A DNA stretch of 64,000 nt from an uncultured Ignavibacteriaceae bacterium (GCA_964615795.1 CAZTQR010000005.1:12025-76024), one strand, 5' to 3'; shown: positions 39,263 through 48,918, counted from the stretch's first letter. Notes: generated by a model from the sequence alone, not told the origin. Program-made: numbers and translations.

Positions 39263-40243
39263 TCAGTTGCTATCCCCTGAAGCCAGTTCTTCCAGTTCTT
39301 TGTTGGAATGTTTCTGGTAGAAATATACCGCTATTATTCCCAGTAAGACCGCAAACCAGAGCGTGGCAACTCTGATTATGAATGTGGATGCTACAGATAT
39401 GTCCTTCGGTATATTCAGCAGTACCAAAAGCCCAGTAAGCGACGCCTCAGTGGCGCCGAGTCCGCCCGGAAGCATGGCAATCGATCCTACAAGCGTGGAG
39501 AAGCCGTAAATGAAAACTGCGCTGAGCAAACTTACGTCAATATGGGTTAATCCTGCATAGACCTTGAGTACTACATACAACCCCACACATTCCAGAAACC
39601 AGGCAAAAGCGCTGACGATCGTTGCTATTGCAAGCGGCTTTGGCCTGACCAGGATGTAGATGCTCTCGTAAGCGGTGTGTATCCTTTCGCTGACCTTCTT
39701 CAGATGTTTTGACCTCTCAAGCTGTAAGATGATCCACATCGAGAGTTTTCTTGAACTGATCACCCAGACACCTGCGAGGAAAAATAATCCGACGCCTATC
39801 ACAATTCCTTTCCCGTAATTGAACACGAATGCTCCCGCAAGGCAAAGAAGAACAACGGAGATGAAGTCTGTCAGCCGCTCGGCCAGTATTATCGGGGCTG
39901 ATTTGCTGATCGGGGTCCCATTTTCTTCTTTAAGCAGATAAGACTTCAGCAGTTCTCCCATCTTTCCGGGAGTTACACTCATGACGAATGTTGACATGAA
40001 AATGAGGAAGCTGGTCTTTTGGGGCAGTTCGATGCTCAGCAGTTTTCTGTAATACTCCCACTTGTAAAAGCGGATTATGTAGTTTCCGAATGACAGGAGA
40101 AGCACTAAAGGGAAATAAAGCCAGTTGAACTCGCTGAATGCTTTCAACAGCTTGTCGAAATCCGCATAAATGCTGAACAGAAGAAATACCAGGGCTCCGA
40201 ATGCAACCGAGATCAGGATCTTCCTCTTGTACTTTGCAAACAT
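39263..40243 (-). CDS. Flippase-like membrane protein (UPF0104 / lysylphosphatidylglycerol-synthase TM-region family)
   Basis: 326 aa with about 8 TM segments. FGNYIIRFYKWEYY and SVTPGKMGE are typical of this family. Confidence 0.65.
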   Translation of the reverse strand: MFAKYKRKILISVAFGALVFLLFSIYADFDKLLKAFSEFNWLYFPLVLLLSFGNYIIRFYKWEYYRKLLSIELPQKTSFLIFMSTFVMSVTPGKMGELLKSYLLKEENGTPISKSAPIILAERLTDFISVVLLCLAGAFVFNYGKGIVIGVGLFFLAGVWVISSRKLSMWIILQLERSKHLKKVSERIHTAYESIYILVRPKPLAIATIVSAFAWFLECVGLYVVLKVYAGLTHIDVSLLSAVFIYGFSTLVGSIAMLPGGLGATEASLTGLLVLLNIPKDISVASTFIIRVATLWFAVLLGIIAVYFYQKHSNKELEELASGDSN

Positions 40244-40246
40244 TCT

Positions 40247-40891
40247 TCAGATCACAGATTTGATGCACTCATAAAGCTTTACCAAAGGAAGGCCTACTAT
40301 GTTGTAATAATCCCCGGTGATCTTTTCTATGAAGAGGCATCCGAAGTCGTCCTGAATGCCGTATGCTCCGGCTTTGTCGAGCGGACTGTAATTGTTAACG
40401 TAAAAACTTATCTCGTCTCCGGAAAGCTCTCTGAACTTCACTGCTGTCTTTTCATAACCAAACTGTTCTTTGCCGTTGCCAAGATTTATGACGTTCACAC
40501 CGGTATAAACATGATGAGTCTTCCCGCTGAGCATTCGAAGATACTCCTTTGCCTGCTTCAGGTCACGGGGTTTGTTCAATGTCTTTCCCGATAGTACAAC
40601 AATGGTATCGGCGCCGATCACAATCTGTTTACTGCAATTGAAAGCAACTTCTCTTGACTTTGCCAGCGCGTTTGTCTTTACCGTTGCAACGGGATGATGC
40701 GAATCATCAATTTCACTTACGCCGCTGCCCAACACCTGAAAGTCAAGTCCGATCATGTCCAGCAGCCTGCTTCTTCGCGGAGACATTGACGCAAGCACAT
40801 ATTTTTTTGAAAGAATCTTCCTGACCGGCGCTGAGGTATTCTTCAATGGGTCAACAGCTCTTTGAGAGTTCGGCGATCTTTGCAACTGCAT
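40247..40891 (-). CDS. maf: Maf-family nucleoside triphosphate pyrophosphatase (start probably internal)
   Basis: Motifs LASMSPRRSRLL, GADTIVV and AGAYGIQD. The track start overlaps proS by 41 nt. The GTG at 40798 would give the usual MLASxSPRR N-terminus. Confidence 0.85.
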   Translation of the reverse strand: MQLQRSPNSQRAVDPLKNTSAPVRKILSKKYVLASMSPRRSRLLDMIGLDFQVLGSGVSEIDDSHHPVATVKTNALAKSREVAFNCSKQIVIGADTIVVLSGKTLNKPRDLKQAKEYLRMLSGKTHHVYTGVNVINLGNGKEQFGYEKTAVKFRELSGDEISFYVNNYSPLDKAGAYGIQDDFGCLFIEKITGDYYNIVGLPLVKLYECIKSVI

Positions 40892-42569
40892 CGCCCTTAT
40901 TCACAAGAAGCCTCTCTCCGGTCCTTCTGATCTTTATCTCTATGTTTCCGTTGGTAAGATTCTTCTCTCCCACTATTGCCTGAACAGGGATTCCGATCAG
41001 GTCGGCATCATTAAACTTCACGCCCGGCCTCACTTCTGCGCGATCGTCAAACAACACCTCGAGTCCTGTTTCCGCAAGCTCTTTGTAAAGCCTCTCACTT
41101 TCGTCCTTCACAATTCCTTCTGACTGGTTCAGAGAGATAAGCATCACATCAAACGGCCTCATCTCACCGCTCCAGATTATTCCCTTCTCGTCATTGTTCT
41201 GCTCTATGTATGCAGCAACGGTCCTTTCCACACCAATACCATAACTTCCCATGATGATCACATTCTCCCTGCCCTCTGCATCGAGAAACTTCGCATCAAG
41301 TGTTTCGGCGTATTTTGTTCCGAGCTTGAATATGTGCCCCACTTCGATCGCCTTTGTGACTTTGATCTTCGAACCGCCGTCAACTGTCAACTCACCCTCC
41401 TTTACCACTCTCAGATCCATGTATTCGATTCCCGGCACATCCCTATTAAGGTCAATGTTCTTTATGTGATAATCATTCCTGTTCGCGCCACTTATAAGCT
41501 CATTGGCATCTCTGAGCCGAAGATCTGCAACCACTCTGATCCCCTTTTCTGCGGCTCCCACCGGACCGATCGAACCTGCGTCAGCGCCCGTGATCTCAAG
41601 CAGTTCTTCGTTGTGCGCAGGCCTGATGTTAACGCCGTATTTTCCCTGAAGCTTTGCCTCATTCACTTCGTCATCACCGCAAACCAGCACCATGATAATT
41701 TCCGGCTTTTCCTTGCCCTGATTAACAAACACCCTGGACTTCGCAAGCCGTGATTTGTCTTCTGTTCCAAGAAATCCGGCCAGCTCATCTATGGTCTTTA
41801 TGTCAGGCGTGTGGAATTCTTCCGCCGGCTTGTCTGAAGCTGTTCTGCTCACAGGGACTGTCTGCGTAACGGCGACTTCAATATTGGATGAATACTTGCC
41901 GTCTTCGCTGTATGCAATATTGTCTTCGCCGACAGGTGATGGCACCATGAATTCCTCCGAATCGCTTCCTCCCATTGCTCCGCTGTGCGCCGATACAACT
42001 ACAAAACTCAGACCGCACCGTGTGAAGATGTTCCTGTATGCTCTCGCCATTGCATCGTATGACTTGTCAAGCCCTTCCCAAGTGGCGTCAAATGAGTATG
42101 CGTCTTTCATCGTGAACTGCCTTGCCCTAAGCACACCTGCTCTGGGACGTTCCTCATTCCGGAACTTCGACTGGATCTGATACCAGATCTTAGGCAGGTC
42201 CTTGTAAGAGATCAGGCTCGGCTTTGCTATAGACGTGAACACTTCTTCGTGTGTGGGAGCAAGTACAAGTTCCCTGTTCTTGAGCCTGAACATCAGGTCA
42301 CCGTAATCTTCAAGTCTTCCCGTCTGAGCCCAAAGTTCGTTGGGAGAAAGCACAGGCAACAGAAATTCATTGCCGCCTATCGCATTCATTTCCTGCCTTA
42401 TGATCTCTTCCGCCTTTCTGAACATCCTGTACCCGAAAGGCAGGTAAGAATAGACTCCGGCGGTGAGCTGTTTTATCATTCCTGCCCTAAGCATCAGCCT
42501 GTGTGATGCCGTAACGGCTTCAACCGGGTCTTCCCTGAGGGTAGGTATAAAGTATTGTGTAATTCTCAT
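40851..42569 (-). CDS. proS: Proline--tRNA ligase (bacterial type with INS editing domain)
   Basis: 572 aa. Motifs MRITQYFIPTLREDP, class II motifs FRNEERPRAGVLRARQFTMKD and GSYGIGVERT, and a C-terminal anticodon-binding domain. Confidence 0.93.
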   Translation of the reverse strand: MRITQYFIPTLREDPVEAVTASHRLMLRAGMIKQLTAGVYSYLPFGYRMFRKAEEIIRQEMNAIGGNEFLLPVLSPNELWAQTGRLEDYGDLMFRLKNRELVLAPTHEEVFTSIAKPSLISYKDLPKIWYQIQSKFRNEERPRAGVLRARQFTMKDAYSFDATWEGLDKSYDAMARAYRNIFTRCGLSFVVVSAHSGAMGGSDSEEFMVPSPVGEDNIAYSEDGKYSSNIEVAVTQTVPVSRTASDKPAEEFHTPDIKTIDELAGFLGTEDKSRLAKSRVFVNQGKEKPEIIMVLVCGDDEVNEAKLQGKYGVNIRPAHNEELLEITGADAGSIGPVGAAEKGIRVVADLRLRDANELISGANRNDYHIKNIDLNRDVPGIEYMDLRVVKEGELTVDGGSKIKVTKAIEVGHIFKLGTKYAETLDAKFLDAEGRENVIIMGSYGIGVERTVAAYIEQNNDEKGIIWSGEMRPFDVMLISLNQSEGIVKDESERLYKELAETGLEVLFDDRAEVRPGVKFNDADLIGIPVQAIVGEKNLTNGNIEIKIRRTGERLLVNKGDAVAKIAELSKSC

Positions 42570-42689
42570 GCGTCAAATTTTGAAGATACCTACATGCCGT
42601 TTGGATTTCAATTACATTAAATTTGTGGAAACTTTGTGTAAAGTGAGTTTGCATGGTAAACTTCTGAAAAAAACTTTGTATCTTGCGGC

Positions 42690-43160
42690 ATGATACAAAG
42701 AGTACTTTTTGTCTGCACAGGCAATACTTGCCGCAGCCAGATGGCTGAAGCATTTCTCAGAAAACTCGCACCTCAGATTGAAGTTGTCTCAGCAGGGATA
42801 GAACCCGAGACACGGATCAGGAAGGAGACAATAGAAGTAATGAGGGAAGCGGGCATTGACCTCGAAGGACAATACCCCAAGGATGTTTATGACTATGCCG
42901 ACAAACACTTCGACATAGTCATCAGCATGTGTGAGGAAGGCAATAAGATCCTCCCGAAACTTGTTGGCGACAAGAGCAAGATACTTCAGGTCGAATTTGA
43001 CGATCCGGCCTCCGCAAAGGGGTCACGGGAGCAGATAATGTCAGAGTACAGGGAAGTGCGGGATGCGATCAGCAAGGCGGTTGAGCACCTTTACATTAAT
43101 GACTTCAAGCCGAAGTCAAGAAGGAAGCTTGCCTCGTTACTGAATATCTTCTCTGTTTAA
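42690..43160 (+). CDS. Low-molecular-weight phosphatase family protein (ArsC/LMW-PTP-like)
   Basis: 156 aa. It has the P-loop VCTGNTCRSQMAE and the FDDPASAKGS region. The second and third Cys of the thioredoxin-coupled ArsC triad are not both present, so the substrate is left open. Confidence 0.75.
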   Translation: MIQRVLFVCTGNTCRSQMAEAFLRKLAPQIEVVSAGIEPETRIRKETIEVMREAGIDLEGQYPKDVYDYADKHFDIVISMCEEGNKILPKLVGDKSKILQVEFDDPASAKGSREQIMSEYREVRDAISKAVEHLYINDFKPKSRRKLASLLNIFSV

Positions 43161-43817
43161 AAGGCTGTTCAGGTCGGAGTATTTGGCGAGATAATCACTG
43201 CTTGCGGCCCTGATGACTTCGTATGCCTCTTCCCTGCCGTAAACGCTTGTGATCTCACACCTTTTTCCTTCGCTGCCCGGCGCATCTTTGTAAGTGAGGA
43301 AGTAATGCTTCAGCCGGTCAATGAACGACTGTGAGCAATCCCCGATGTCTCTCCACTCACTGAACACTGCATCATTGCTCATCACAGCAATTATCTTATC
43401 ATCAGCTTCATTGTTGTCAATCAGCCTGAATCCTCCGATCGGAATTGCCTGCAAGAGTATTCTGCTGTGATTCAGCGGCTTTTCCGTTACAACACATACA
43501 TCAAGCGGGTCATTGTCGCCGATGATACCGCTCCTTCCGGTCATCTTCATACAGTATTCCGCAGTGTTCTTACCGCACAATGTCTGAGGAATGAAACCGT
43601 AGGGCGTAGGGCATACGTTTGAATATTTCTGCGGACGGTCAACCTTCAGAAATCCGCTGTGCTTTTCAATTTCATACTTGACCGTGTCCGTCGGAACAAT
43701 CTCAATATAAGAAGTAACAATTGACGGCGATTGCTTGCCGATCGGAACTCCGTGCCAGGGGTGAGACATCATCAGCAGTCTGATCTTTCCCCAGATCTCT
43801 TCTAAATTCGTTGACAT
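43137..43817 (-). CDS. ppa: Inorganic pyrophosphatase (family I, long form)
   Basis: 226 aa. Motifs HPWHGV, YEIEK and GDNDPLDVCVV (the DxDPxD metal site). It overlaps the convergent phosphatase gene by 24 nt. Confidence 0.8.
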   Translation of the reverse strand: MSTNLEEIWGKIRLLMMSHPWHGVPIGKQSPSIVTSYIEIVPTDTVKYEIEKHSGFLKVDRPQKYSNVCPTPYGFIPQTLCGKNTAEYCMKMTGRSGIIGDNDPLDVCVVTEKPLNHSRILLQAIPIGGFRLIDNNEADDKIIAVMSNDAVFSEWRDIGDCSQSFIDRLKHYFLTYKDAPGSEGKRCEITSVYGREEAYEVIRAASSDYLAKYSDLNSLLNREDIQ

Positions 43818-43818
43818 T

Positions 43819-44433
43819 TCATTTTGATATAAATTCCAGTGACTTTCTTATAAGCTCTTCGGTAGAGATGCTTCCCCCGCCGGCCGACTTGAGCGCTTCT
43901 CTAATTATCTTTTCCGCATCTGCCCTTTGGTAGCCGAGATTGATCAGCGCATTCAGGGCCTCGAGCCTTGTCATATCGGCCTCAGCGGGAAATCCCTTCG
44001 GCGTTTCTCCTGTATCATCGTCCAGGCCGATCCTGAAGATCTTGTCTTTCAATGACATCGAGATCAGTTCAAGTTTCTTCTGTCCGAGCCCCGGCACCCT
44101 GACAGGAAATCCCTTCCCGCCTCCGGCAATTGCAACAACAATCTCATCAAAGCTCAGGCTTGAGAGAAAAGCATGTGCAAGTTTCGGGCCGATACCGCTG
44201 ACGCTGATCAGAAGCCGGAAGATCTCCCTCTCTCTCATATCGGTGAAGCCGAACAACTGCATCGAGTTCTCCTTTACATCAAGATAAGTGAGAATGCTGT
44301 ATTCCTTTCCGGTTTCGGTAAGAAGTTGAGATGCTGTAAGTGAAAGATAGACGTGATAACCAACACCGCCCGCCTCAATTACCGCTTCGCTCTTCTGCTT
44401 ATGAGTAAGCGTGCCTCGGATTGATGCTATCAT
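43819..44433 (-). CDS. ruvA: Holliday junction branch migration complex subunit RuvA
   Basis: 204 aa. MIASIRGTL.., helix-hairpin-helix LISVSGIGPKLA, and the C-terminal domain III ALINLGYQRADAEK. Confidence 0.9.
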   Translation of the reverse strand: MIASIRGTLTHKQKSEAVIEAGGVGYHVYLSLTASQLLTETGKEYSILTYLDVKENSMQLFGFTDMREREIFRLLISVSGIGPKLAHAFLSSLSFDEIVVAIAGGGKGFPVRVPGLGQKKLELISMSLKDKIFRIGLDDDTGETPKGFPAEADMTRLEALNALINLGYQRADAEKIIREALKSAGGGSISTEELIRKSLEFISK

Positions 44434-44984
44434 TTCCGGGATAAGATCCTTTCAGGATTATTGCGGATGAATTTTTCCCAGTCACCGGAAGAGCCGGCAT
44501 GATTTCCTCCCGGTTGTCTGAATTTATAAACGTGGCACAAGGCCACAGCCAGGGCATCAGTGCAGTCGTAATCGCTTAGCTCCTCCCGTATTCCGAGGAT
44601 CGCCTTTACCATGTAATGCACCTGTTGCTTCGAAGATGCTCCGCTGCCGGTCACAGATTTCTTTATTTCCCTTGGGGAATATTCGAAAACTTCGAGCTCT
44701 GAATTCAGCCCGGCAATTATGGCTACGCCCCGTGCCTGTCCGAGCTTCAGTGTTGACTGAATATTCTTTCCGTAAAATGCTGTCTCCACTGCAAGAAGGT
44801 CCGGCGAGAACTCTTCTATGCATTCAAGGCACTTGTCGTAAATTGTCTTCAGGCGTGATGTAAGCAGACTGGAAGATCTCAGATGCAGTGACTCAAAATG
44901 AATCAGCGAAGGCTTGCTTCCGGCAAAGTCAATTATGCCGATACCGGTAACCGCTGTGCCCGGATCAATGCCGAGAATTCTCAT
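44430..44984 (-). CDS. ruvC: Crossover junction endodeoxyribonuclease RuvC
   Basis: 184 aa. Motifs MRILGIDPG, AVETAFYGKN and DALAVALCH. It has a 4-nt overlap with ruvA. Confidence 0.9.
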   Translation of the reverse strand: MRILGIDPGTAVTGIGIIDFAGSKPSLIHFESLHLRSSSLLTSRLKTIYDKCLECIEEFSPDLLAVETAFYGKNIQSTLKLGQARGVAIIAGLNSELEVFEYSPREIKKSVTGSGASSKQQVHYMVKAILGIREELSDYDCTDALAVALCHVYKFRQPGGNHAGSSGDWEKFIRNNPERILSRK

Positions 44985-45008
44985 CGTGCGCCGTGGTCTG
45001 AGCCGGGC

Positions 45009-45737
45009 CTACTCGTCCGGGAAATCTGCGTTTGTGTAAACGTTCTGTACATCGTCATTGTCTTCAACTGCTTCAATGCACCTTATTATTTCATCCACTT
45101 TGGCAGGGTCAACAGCAATCAGGTCTTTTGCAACATACTGAAGCGACGCGCTTTCGATCTTGCAGCCTTTGTCTTCAATTGCCTTTCTCACTTTTTCAAA
45201 ATTCTCCATAGAGCTTACAACTTCAAAGAATTCGCCTTCAGTTTTGAGATCGTCTGCTCCGGCATCGAGTATGAGTTCCATAAGATCGTCTTCTGATACG
45301 CCGGGTTTTTCAACATTGACAACACCTTTCCTGTCAAACATCCATCCAACCGAGCCTGACTCACCAAGGCTTCCGTTGTTCTTCGAAATAATGTGACGAA
45401 GTTCGGCAACAGTGCGGTTCTTATTGTCGGTCACCGATTCAATGAGCATTGCAATTCCTCCGGGAGCATATCCTTCATAAGTGATCTCATCATACTTAAC
45501 GCCCTCCAGTTCACCGGTTCCTTTTTTGATCGCCCTTGTGATATTGTCCTGAGGCATATTGCTTGCCTTTGCGCTCTGTATTGCAAGCCTCAGCCGCGGA
45601 TTACCGTCGGGATCGCCGCCGCCGTCCCGCGCGGCTATAGTGATCTCCTTGATTATCTTGGTAAATACCTTGCCTCTGGCCGCGTCAGTTGCAGCCTTCT
45701 TCCGTTTTATTGTAGCCCATTTTGAATGACCTGACAT
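45009..45737 (-). CDS. YebC/PmpR family DNA-binding transcriptional regulator
   Basis: 242 aa. Motifs MSGHSKWATIKRKKAATDAARGK and GGDPDGNPRLR. Confidence 0.92.
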   Translation of the reverse strand: MSGHSKWATIKRKKAATDAARGKVFTKIIKEITIAARDGGGDPDGNPRLRLAIQSAKASNMPQDNITRAIKKGTGELEGVKYDEITYEGYAPGGIAMLIESVTDNKNRTVAELRHIISKNNGSLGESGSVGWMFDRKGVVNVEKPGVSEDDLMELILDAGADDLKTEGEFFEVVSSMENFEKVRKAIEDKGCKIESASLQYVAKDLIAVDPAKVDEIIRCIEAVEDNDDVQNVYTNADFPDE

Positions 45738-45765
45738 TTAGATATTCTCCGACAATTTGTTTAAC

Positions 45766-47556
45766 TTAATTTGGAATGAAGCCTCTCATATCCCGAATCC
45801 TGAGTTTCATATATTCGCGGTTGTTCCAGAAATTACGGTCAACGGAATAACAGATGTCGCAGTACTTACCGCTGACAATATCTTCACTGTATGCGGCGGA
45901 ATTGAAGAACACGCATTCAAAGAACTTGCCGCTGTCGGGATCCCACACTTTGAATATGTGCGTATCCGCCCTGGCCCTTCTGACTTCCCCCACAATCTTC
46001 AGGTCTCTTGTCACAAAAACCGGTGCAAGGTTTTCGGGGCCGTATGGTTCAAAGTATTTGAGTATCTTTATCACCTTGTCGTTCAGCTGCGAGAGTTTGA
46101 TCTCGCAATCAACATCAATTACCGGCTCAAGCTGTTCAACTGTAAGCCCCTTTGAAGCAACTTCATTGAACTGTTTCTTGAACTCGTCGATCTTTCCGAG
46201 CTCAAGTTCAAGTCCGGCCGCATAAAAGTGCCCTCCGAACTGCCTGAGTGAATCATTGCATTGCTTGAGTGCGTCGTAAATATTAAAGGAGTTGATGCTT
46301 CTTGCGCTTCCCTTTGCATAACCGTTCACTTCGGTAAGAACGATTGACGGAAGGTTGTATTTCTCGACAAGTCTCGCGGCAACAATTCCCACTACACCGG
46401 GATGCCAGTCTTTGTTGTAGATCACTATTGAATTTCCGTTCTCATAATCCGCAGATTCCTCGAACATCCTGAATGCGTCGTCAGTGATATTTTTGTCAAC
46501 ATCCCGCCTTTCTTCGTTCACCACCTGCAGTACTTTTGCAAACTCGGTAATTGTTTCTGAATCTTCGCAGGTCAGAAGCTGTACAGCGCGCTTTGCATCA
46601 CCCATTCTGCCCACGGCATTGATCCTAGGTGCAAGCGTAAAGACAATATTGCCCGTGGTAACGGGTTTGTCCTTGAGTCCGCTGAGCTCAAGAAGCTGTG
46701 CAAAAGAACTTCTTGGGGAAGTATTCAGCATCTTCAGTCCTTCCTTGACCAGTATCCTGTTCTCATCAACTATCGGAACAATATCAGAAGCTGTTGCAAC
46801 AGCAACAAGGTCCAGGTACTTGAAAGCCGCATCAGGCATGCCCATCCTTTGAGCTACTGCTGTTGCAAGCTTGAATGCAACGCCCGTACCGCACAGATCC
46901 TTGCATGGATATTCATCGTCTTTTCTGTGAACGTCAATAACTGCAAGAGCATCCGGGATAGTGTCGGGCGGTTGGTGGTGATCGCAGATTATGAACTCAA
47001 TACCCTTTTGCTTAGCATAGGCCACCTTGTCGCATGCGGTAATTCCGCAGTCAATTGAAACAATAAGTTTTATTCCAAGCGACTCCGCATGGTCAATCGC
47101 TTCAATGGAAATCCCGTATCCTTCGCTAATCCTGTCGGGGATGTAGATCTCCGGATTCAATCCGAACTCTTTCAGGAACATACTGAAAAGAGATACTCCG
47201 CAAGTGCCGTCAACGTCATAATCACCGAGGATCATGATCTTCTCTTTGGATTCTATGGCGCTGACAACTCTTTGGCAGGCGGCCTCACAACCCTTCATCA
47301 GGAAAGGATCGTAAAGTTCGTCAAGGTTGGATTTTTTGTGTTCTGTGGAACTGTAGAAGAATTTTCTTACAGCTTCCGGAGACACGATGTTTCTTAAGTG
47401 AAGGAGTCTGAGTATGAAGTCCGGCAGATCAAAGTTTGCCTTGAGGCTCCTCAGCTCATTCCGCAACGAATTCAGTTCTTCGTCATCAATAGACCCGTTC
47501 TCCCCGCAAACGGAAGTTCGCGGAGTTAACTCCTTTAGTTTCCAATTCTTTTTCAA
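45766..47556 (-). CDS. recJ: Single-stranded-DNA-specific exonuclease RecJ
   Basis: 596 aa. DHH motifs ILGDYDVDG, IVSIDCG and ICDHHQP, plus the DHHA1 motif GGHFYAAG. Confidence 0.92.
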   Translation of the reverse strand: MKKNWKLKELTPRTSVCGENGSIDDEELNSLRNELRSLKANFDLPDFILRLLHLRNIVSPEAVRKFFYSSTEHKKSNLDELYDPFLMKGCEAACQRVVSAIESKEKIMILGDYDVDGTCGVSLFSMFLKEFGLNPEIYIPDRISEGYGISIEAIDHAESLGIKLIVSIDCGITACDKVAYAKQKGIEFIICDHHQPPDTIPDALAVIDVHRKDDEYPCKDLCGTGVAFKLATAVAQRMGMPDAAFKYLDLVAVATASDIVPIVDENRILVKEGLKMLNTSPRSSFAQLLELSGLKDKPVTTGNIVFTLAPRINAVGRMGDAKRAVQLLTCEDSETITEFAKVLQVVNEERRDVDKNITDDAFRMFEESADYENGNSIVIYNKDWHPGVVGIVAARLVEKYNLPSIVLTEVNGYAKGSARSINSFNIYDALKQCNDSLRQFGGHFYAAGLELELGKIDEFKKQFNEVASKGLTVEQLEPVIDVDCEIKLSQLNDKVIKILKYFEPYGPENLAPVFVTRDLKIVGEVRRARADTHIFKVWDPDSGKFFECVFFNSAAYSEDIVSGKYCDICYSVDRNFWNNREYMKLRIRDMRGFIPN

Positions 47557-47578
47557 ATCTCATGGCTTTATTTATTTG

Positions 47579-47662
47579 TGCTCAAGGGGGGACTCGAACC
47601 CCCACCCGAATTCTCGGACTGCACCCTGAATGCAGCGCGTCTACCAGTTCCGCCACTTGAGC
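47579..47662 (-). tRNA. tRNA-Leu (anticodon CAG), class II with long variable arm
   Basis: Folded by hand. The acceptor stem is GCTCAAG/CTTGAGC, with a 3-bp D stem and the anticodon stem CTGCA/TGCAG. The anticodon loop is TT-CAG-GG. The variable arm is CCGA-GAAT-TCGG. The T arm is GGGGG-TTCGAGT-CCCCC and the discriminator is A. No CCA is encoded. Confidence 0.9.
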
Positions 47663-47669
47663 GCGAGGC

Positions 47670-47698
47670 AAGATAATGATATTGCATTGTTAATTCAA
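47670..47698 (-). promoter_or_regulatory. Candidate sigma70-like promoter for tRNA-Leu
   Basis: Minus strand: TTGAAT (47698-47693), a 17-nt spacer, then TATCTT (47675-47670), 7 nt before the tRNA 5' end. This is a pattern match only. Confidence 0.35.
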
Positions 47699-47750
47699 TT
47701 TGTAAAACTCCCCCTCGGCCAATGAGCAATCCCCCTTAACTACCGAAGGT

Positions 47751-47835
47751 TTTCCCACCGGAACTTCTGCCGCTGTGAATCTCCCTCCGCCGGAACATCG
47801 AGCTAAGAAATCCCTTCTCCGGACGAGTGCACGAT
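47751..47835. repeat. Three imperfect tandem units (26-30 nt) sharing a CCC..CCGGA(A)C core
   Basis: The three cores are tttcccaccggaac (47751-47764), aatctccctccgccggaac (47778-47796) and aaatcccttctccggac (47808-47824). A fourth degenerate unit begins with gaatctc at 47836. Confidence 0.4.
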
Positions 47836-48156
47836 GAATCTCATTATGTACAGGGAGGCAGGGGCTTTATGATCATCGGCTCCTTCATTATTCATGAACG
47901 ATTGATGATAAGCAGAATGACCGGCATTACCAAACTGAAGTGCGCGTCAGTTGCATTCACTTGTTTTCGAATGGTGTAATTGCAGTAGTTTGGGAAGCAG
48001 AAACAGATGGCAGTATGCAGGCTTCTTAATTGCTTTGCAGAATTTAGTGCCGGTTCAGCCCAGCCGGACTTGTTGCTTTGAAAGGAATTTTGCTGTAAGA
48101 GTATCAGCGGATTTTGTGAAACCAAAATTACTGAATGATACCAACAGCTATAAAAC

Positions 48157-48660
48157 TCACCCGCCTTTGCATATTTCTCCAATGAACTCAACCGCAGGAT
48201 ACGAGATGATGCTTCTTTCCCGGTATATGTTACTTACTGCGGAAGGGTCTTCTCCCACTATGCCGTTCTGAAGTATGACTGCTTTGAAGTTCCTTTCAAC
48301 TGCACCGTTGTATGTAAAAAGCACACAGTTCTCTGCGGCAAAGCCGCTTACAATTACAAGTCCAACATCATTTGCCTTCAACAAATCTTCCAGGCCGGTC
48401 TGCCAAAAGGCGTTCGATTTAGTCTTGCGAATTTCAAGATCCCCCGGCTCAATTTTGATCCCGGTTATGAATCCGTATTCCGTGATGTTACTTTCATTCT
48501 CGCCTTCCACATCTTTAACATGAACAATGACCTGACCGCGCTTTCGCATGATGTCAGCCACATAGTTGATATATTCTGACGCACCGTGTACATCCGCATC
48601 GGTTTTCCTTTTTTCCAGAAAGACCTTTTGCATGTCAACTATGAGCAATGCAACCTTCAT
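48157..48660 (-). CDS. Isochorismatase-family cysteine hydrolase
   Basis: 167 aa. It has VALLIVDMQKVF (catalytic Asp), Lys in IRKTKSNAF, and the nucleophile Cys in AAENCVLFT. Confidence 0.85.
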   Translation of the reverse strand: MKVALLIVDMQKVFLEKRKTDADVHGASEYINYVADIMRKRGQVIVHVKDVEGENESNITEYGFITGIKIEPGDLEIRKTKSNAFWQTGLEDLLKANDVGLVIVSGFAAENCVLFTYNGAVERNFKAVILQNGIVGEDPSAVSNIYRERSIISYPAVEFIGEICKGG

Positions 48661-48691
48661 ATCTTGTGGGTTTGATTGAATTTTGTGAATA

Positions 48692-48722
48692 GGGATTTAA
48701 CGTGACCTGAATTGCAAATCCC
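48692..48722. promoter_or_regulatory. Inverted repeat GGGATTT-N17-AAATCCC upstream of the isochorismatase-family gene
   Basis: The 7-bp arms lie at 48692-48698 and 48716-48722, 32-62 nt upstream of the start at 48660. The same AAATCCC core recurs at 47808 and 48874. Confidence 0.3.
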
Positions 48723-48918
48723 GATTCCGTTGAGGAAGTGTGAAAAGTACTGCTGGAACAAAAATCTCAGGATAAGGGACTTTCAGGTCTTCCTTCGTCC
48801 AAATGATCTCTGCAGGCAACTCAGAAGTTCTTTTGGTTATTCCTGCAAAATCATCTCAATTCTCAGATCCTGAAAATCCCTTCTCTGAAACTCCTTGATG
48901 TACCTTAAGAATACCTTT

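Noticed and set aside
42690-43160. Calling this gene arsenate reductase arsC.
   Set aside because: The P-loop CTGNTCRS and FDDP fit both ArsC and LMW-PTP. The full three-Cys redox relay of thioredoxin-coupled ArsC is not evident, and no ars genes are adjacent. I kept the family-level call.
47579-47662. tRNA-Leu as the attachment site of an integrated island.
   Set aside because: There is no integrase, no direct repeat of the tRNA 3' end, and no mobile genes on either side. recJ lies on the 3' side and a hydrolase on the 5' side.
47700-48156. A possible RNase P RNA or SRP RNA. The minus strand has AAGUCCGGCUGGGC and the plus strand has GGGAAGCAGAAACAGAUGGCAG.
   Set aside because: The universally conserved GAGGAAAGUCCGGGC (RNase P) and GUCCGGAAGGAAGCAGCC (SRP domain IV) strings are not matched. 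The two partial resemblances also lie on opposite strands.
47892-48191. A 99-aa ORF in the gap between tRNA-Leu and the isochorismatase-family gene.
   Set aside because: It overlaps the 3' end of the supported gene by 35 nt. Its composition is Cys/Asn/Ser-rich and non-protein-like, and it has no motif. I treat the region as non-coding.
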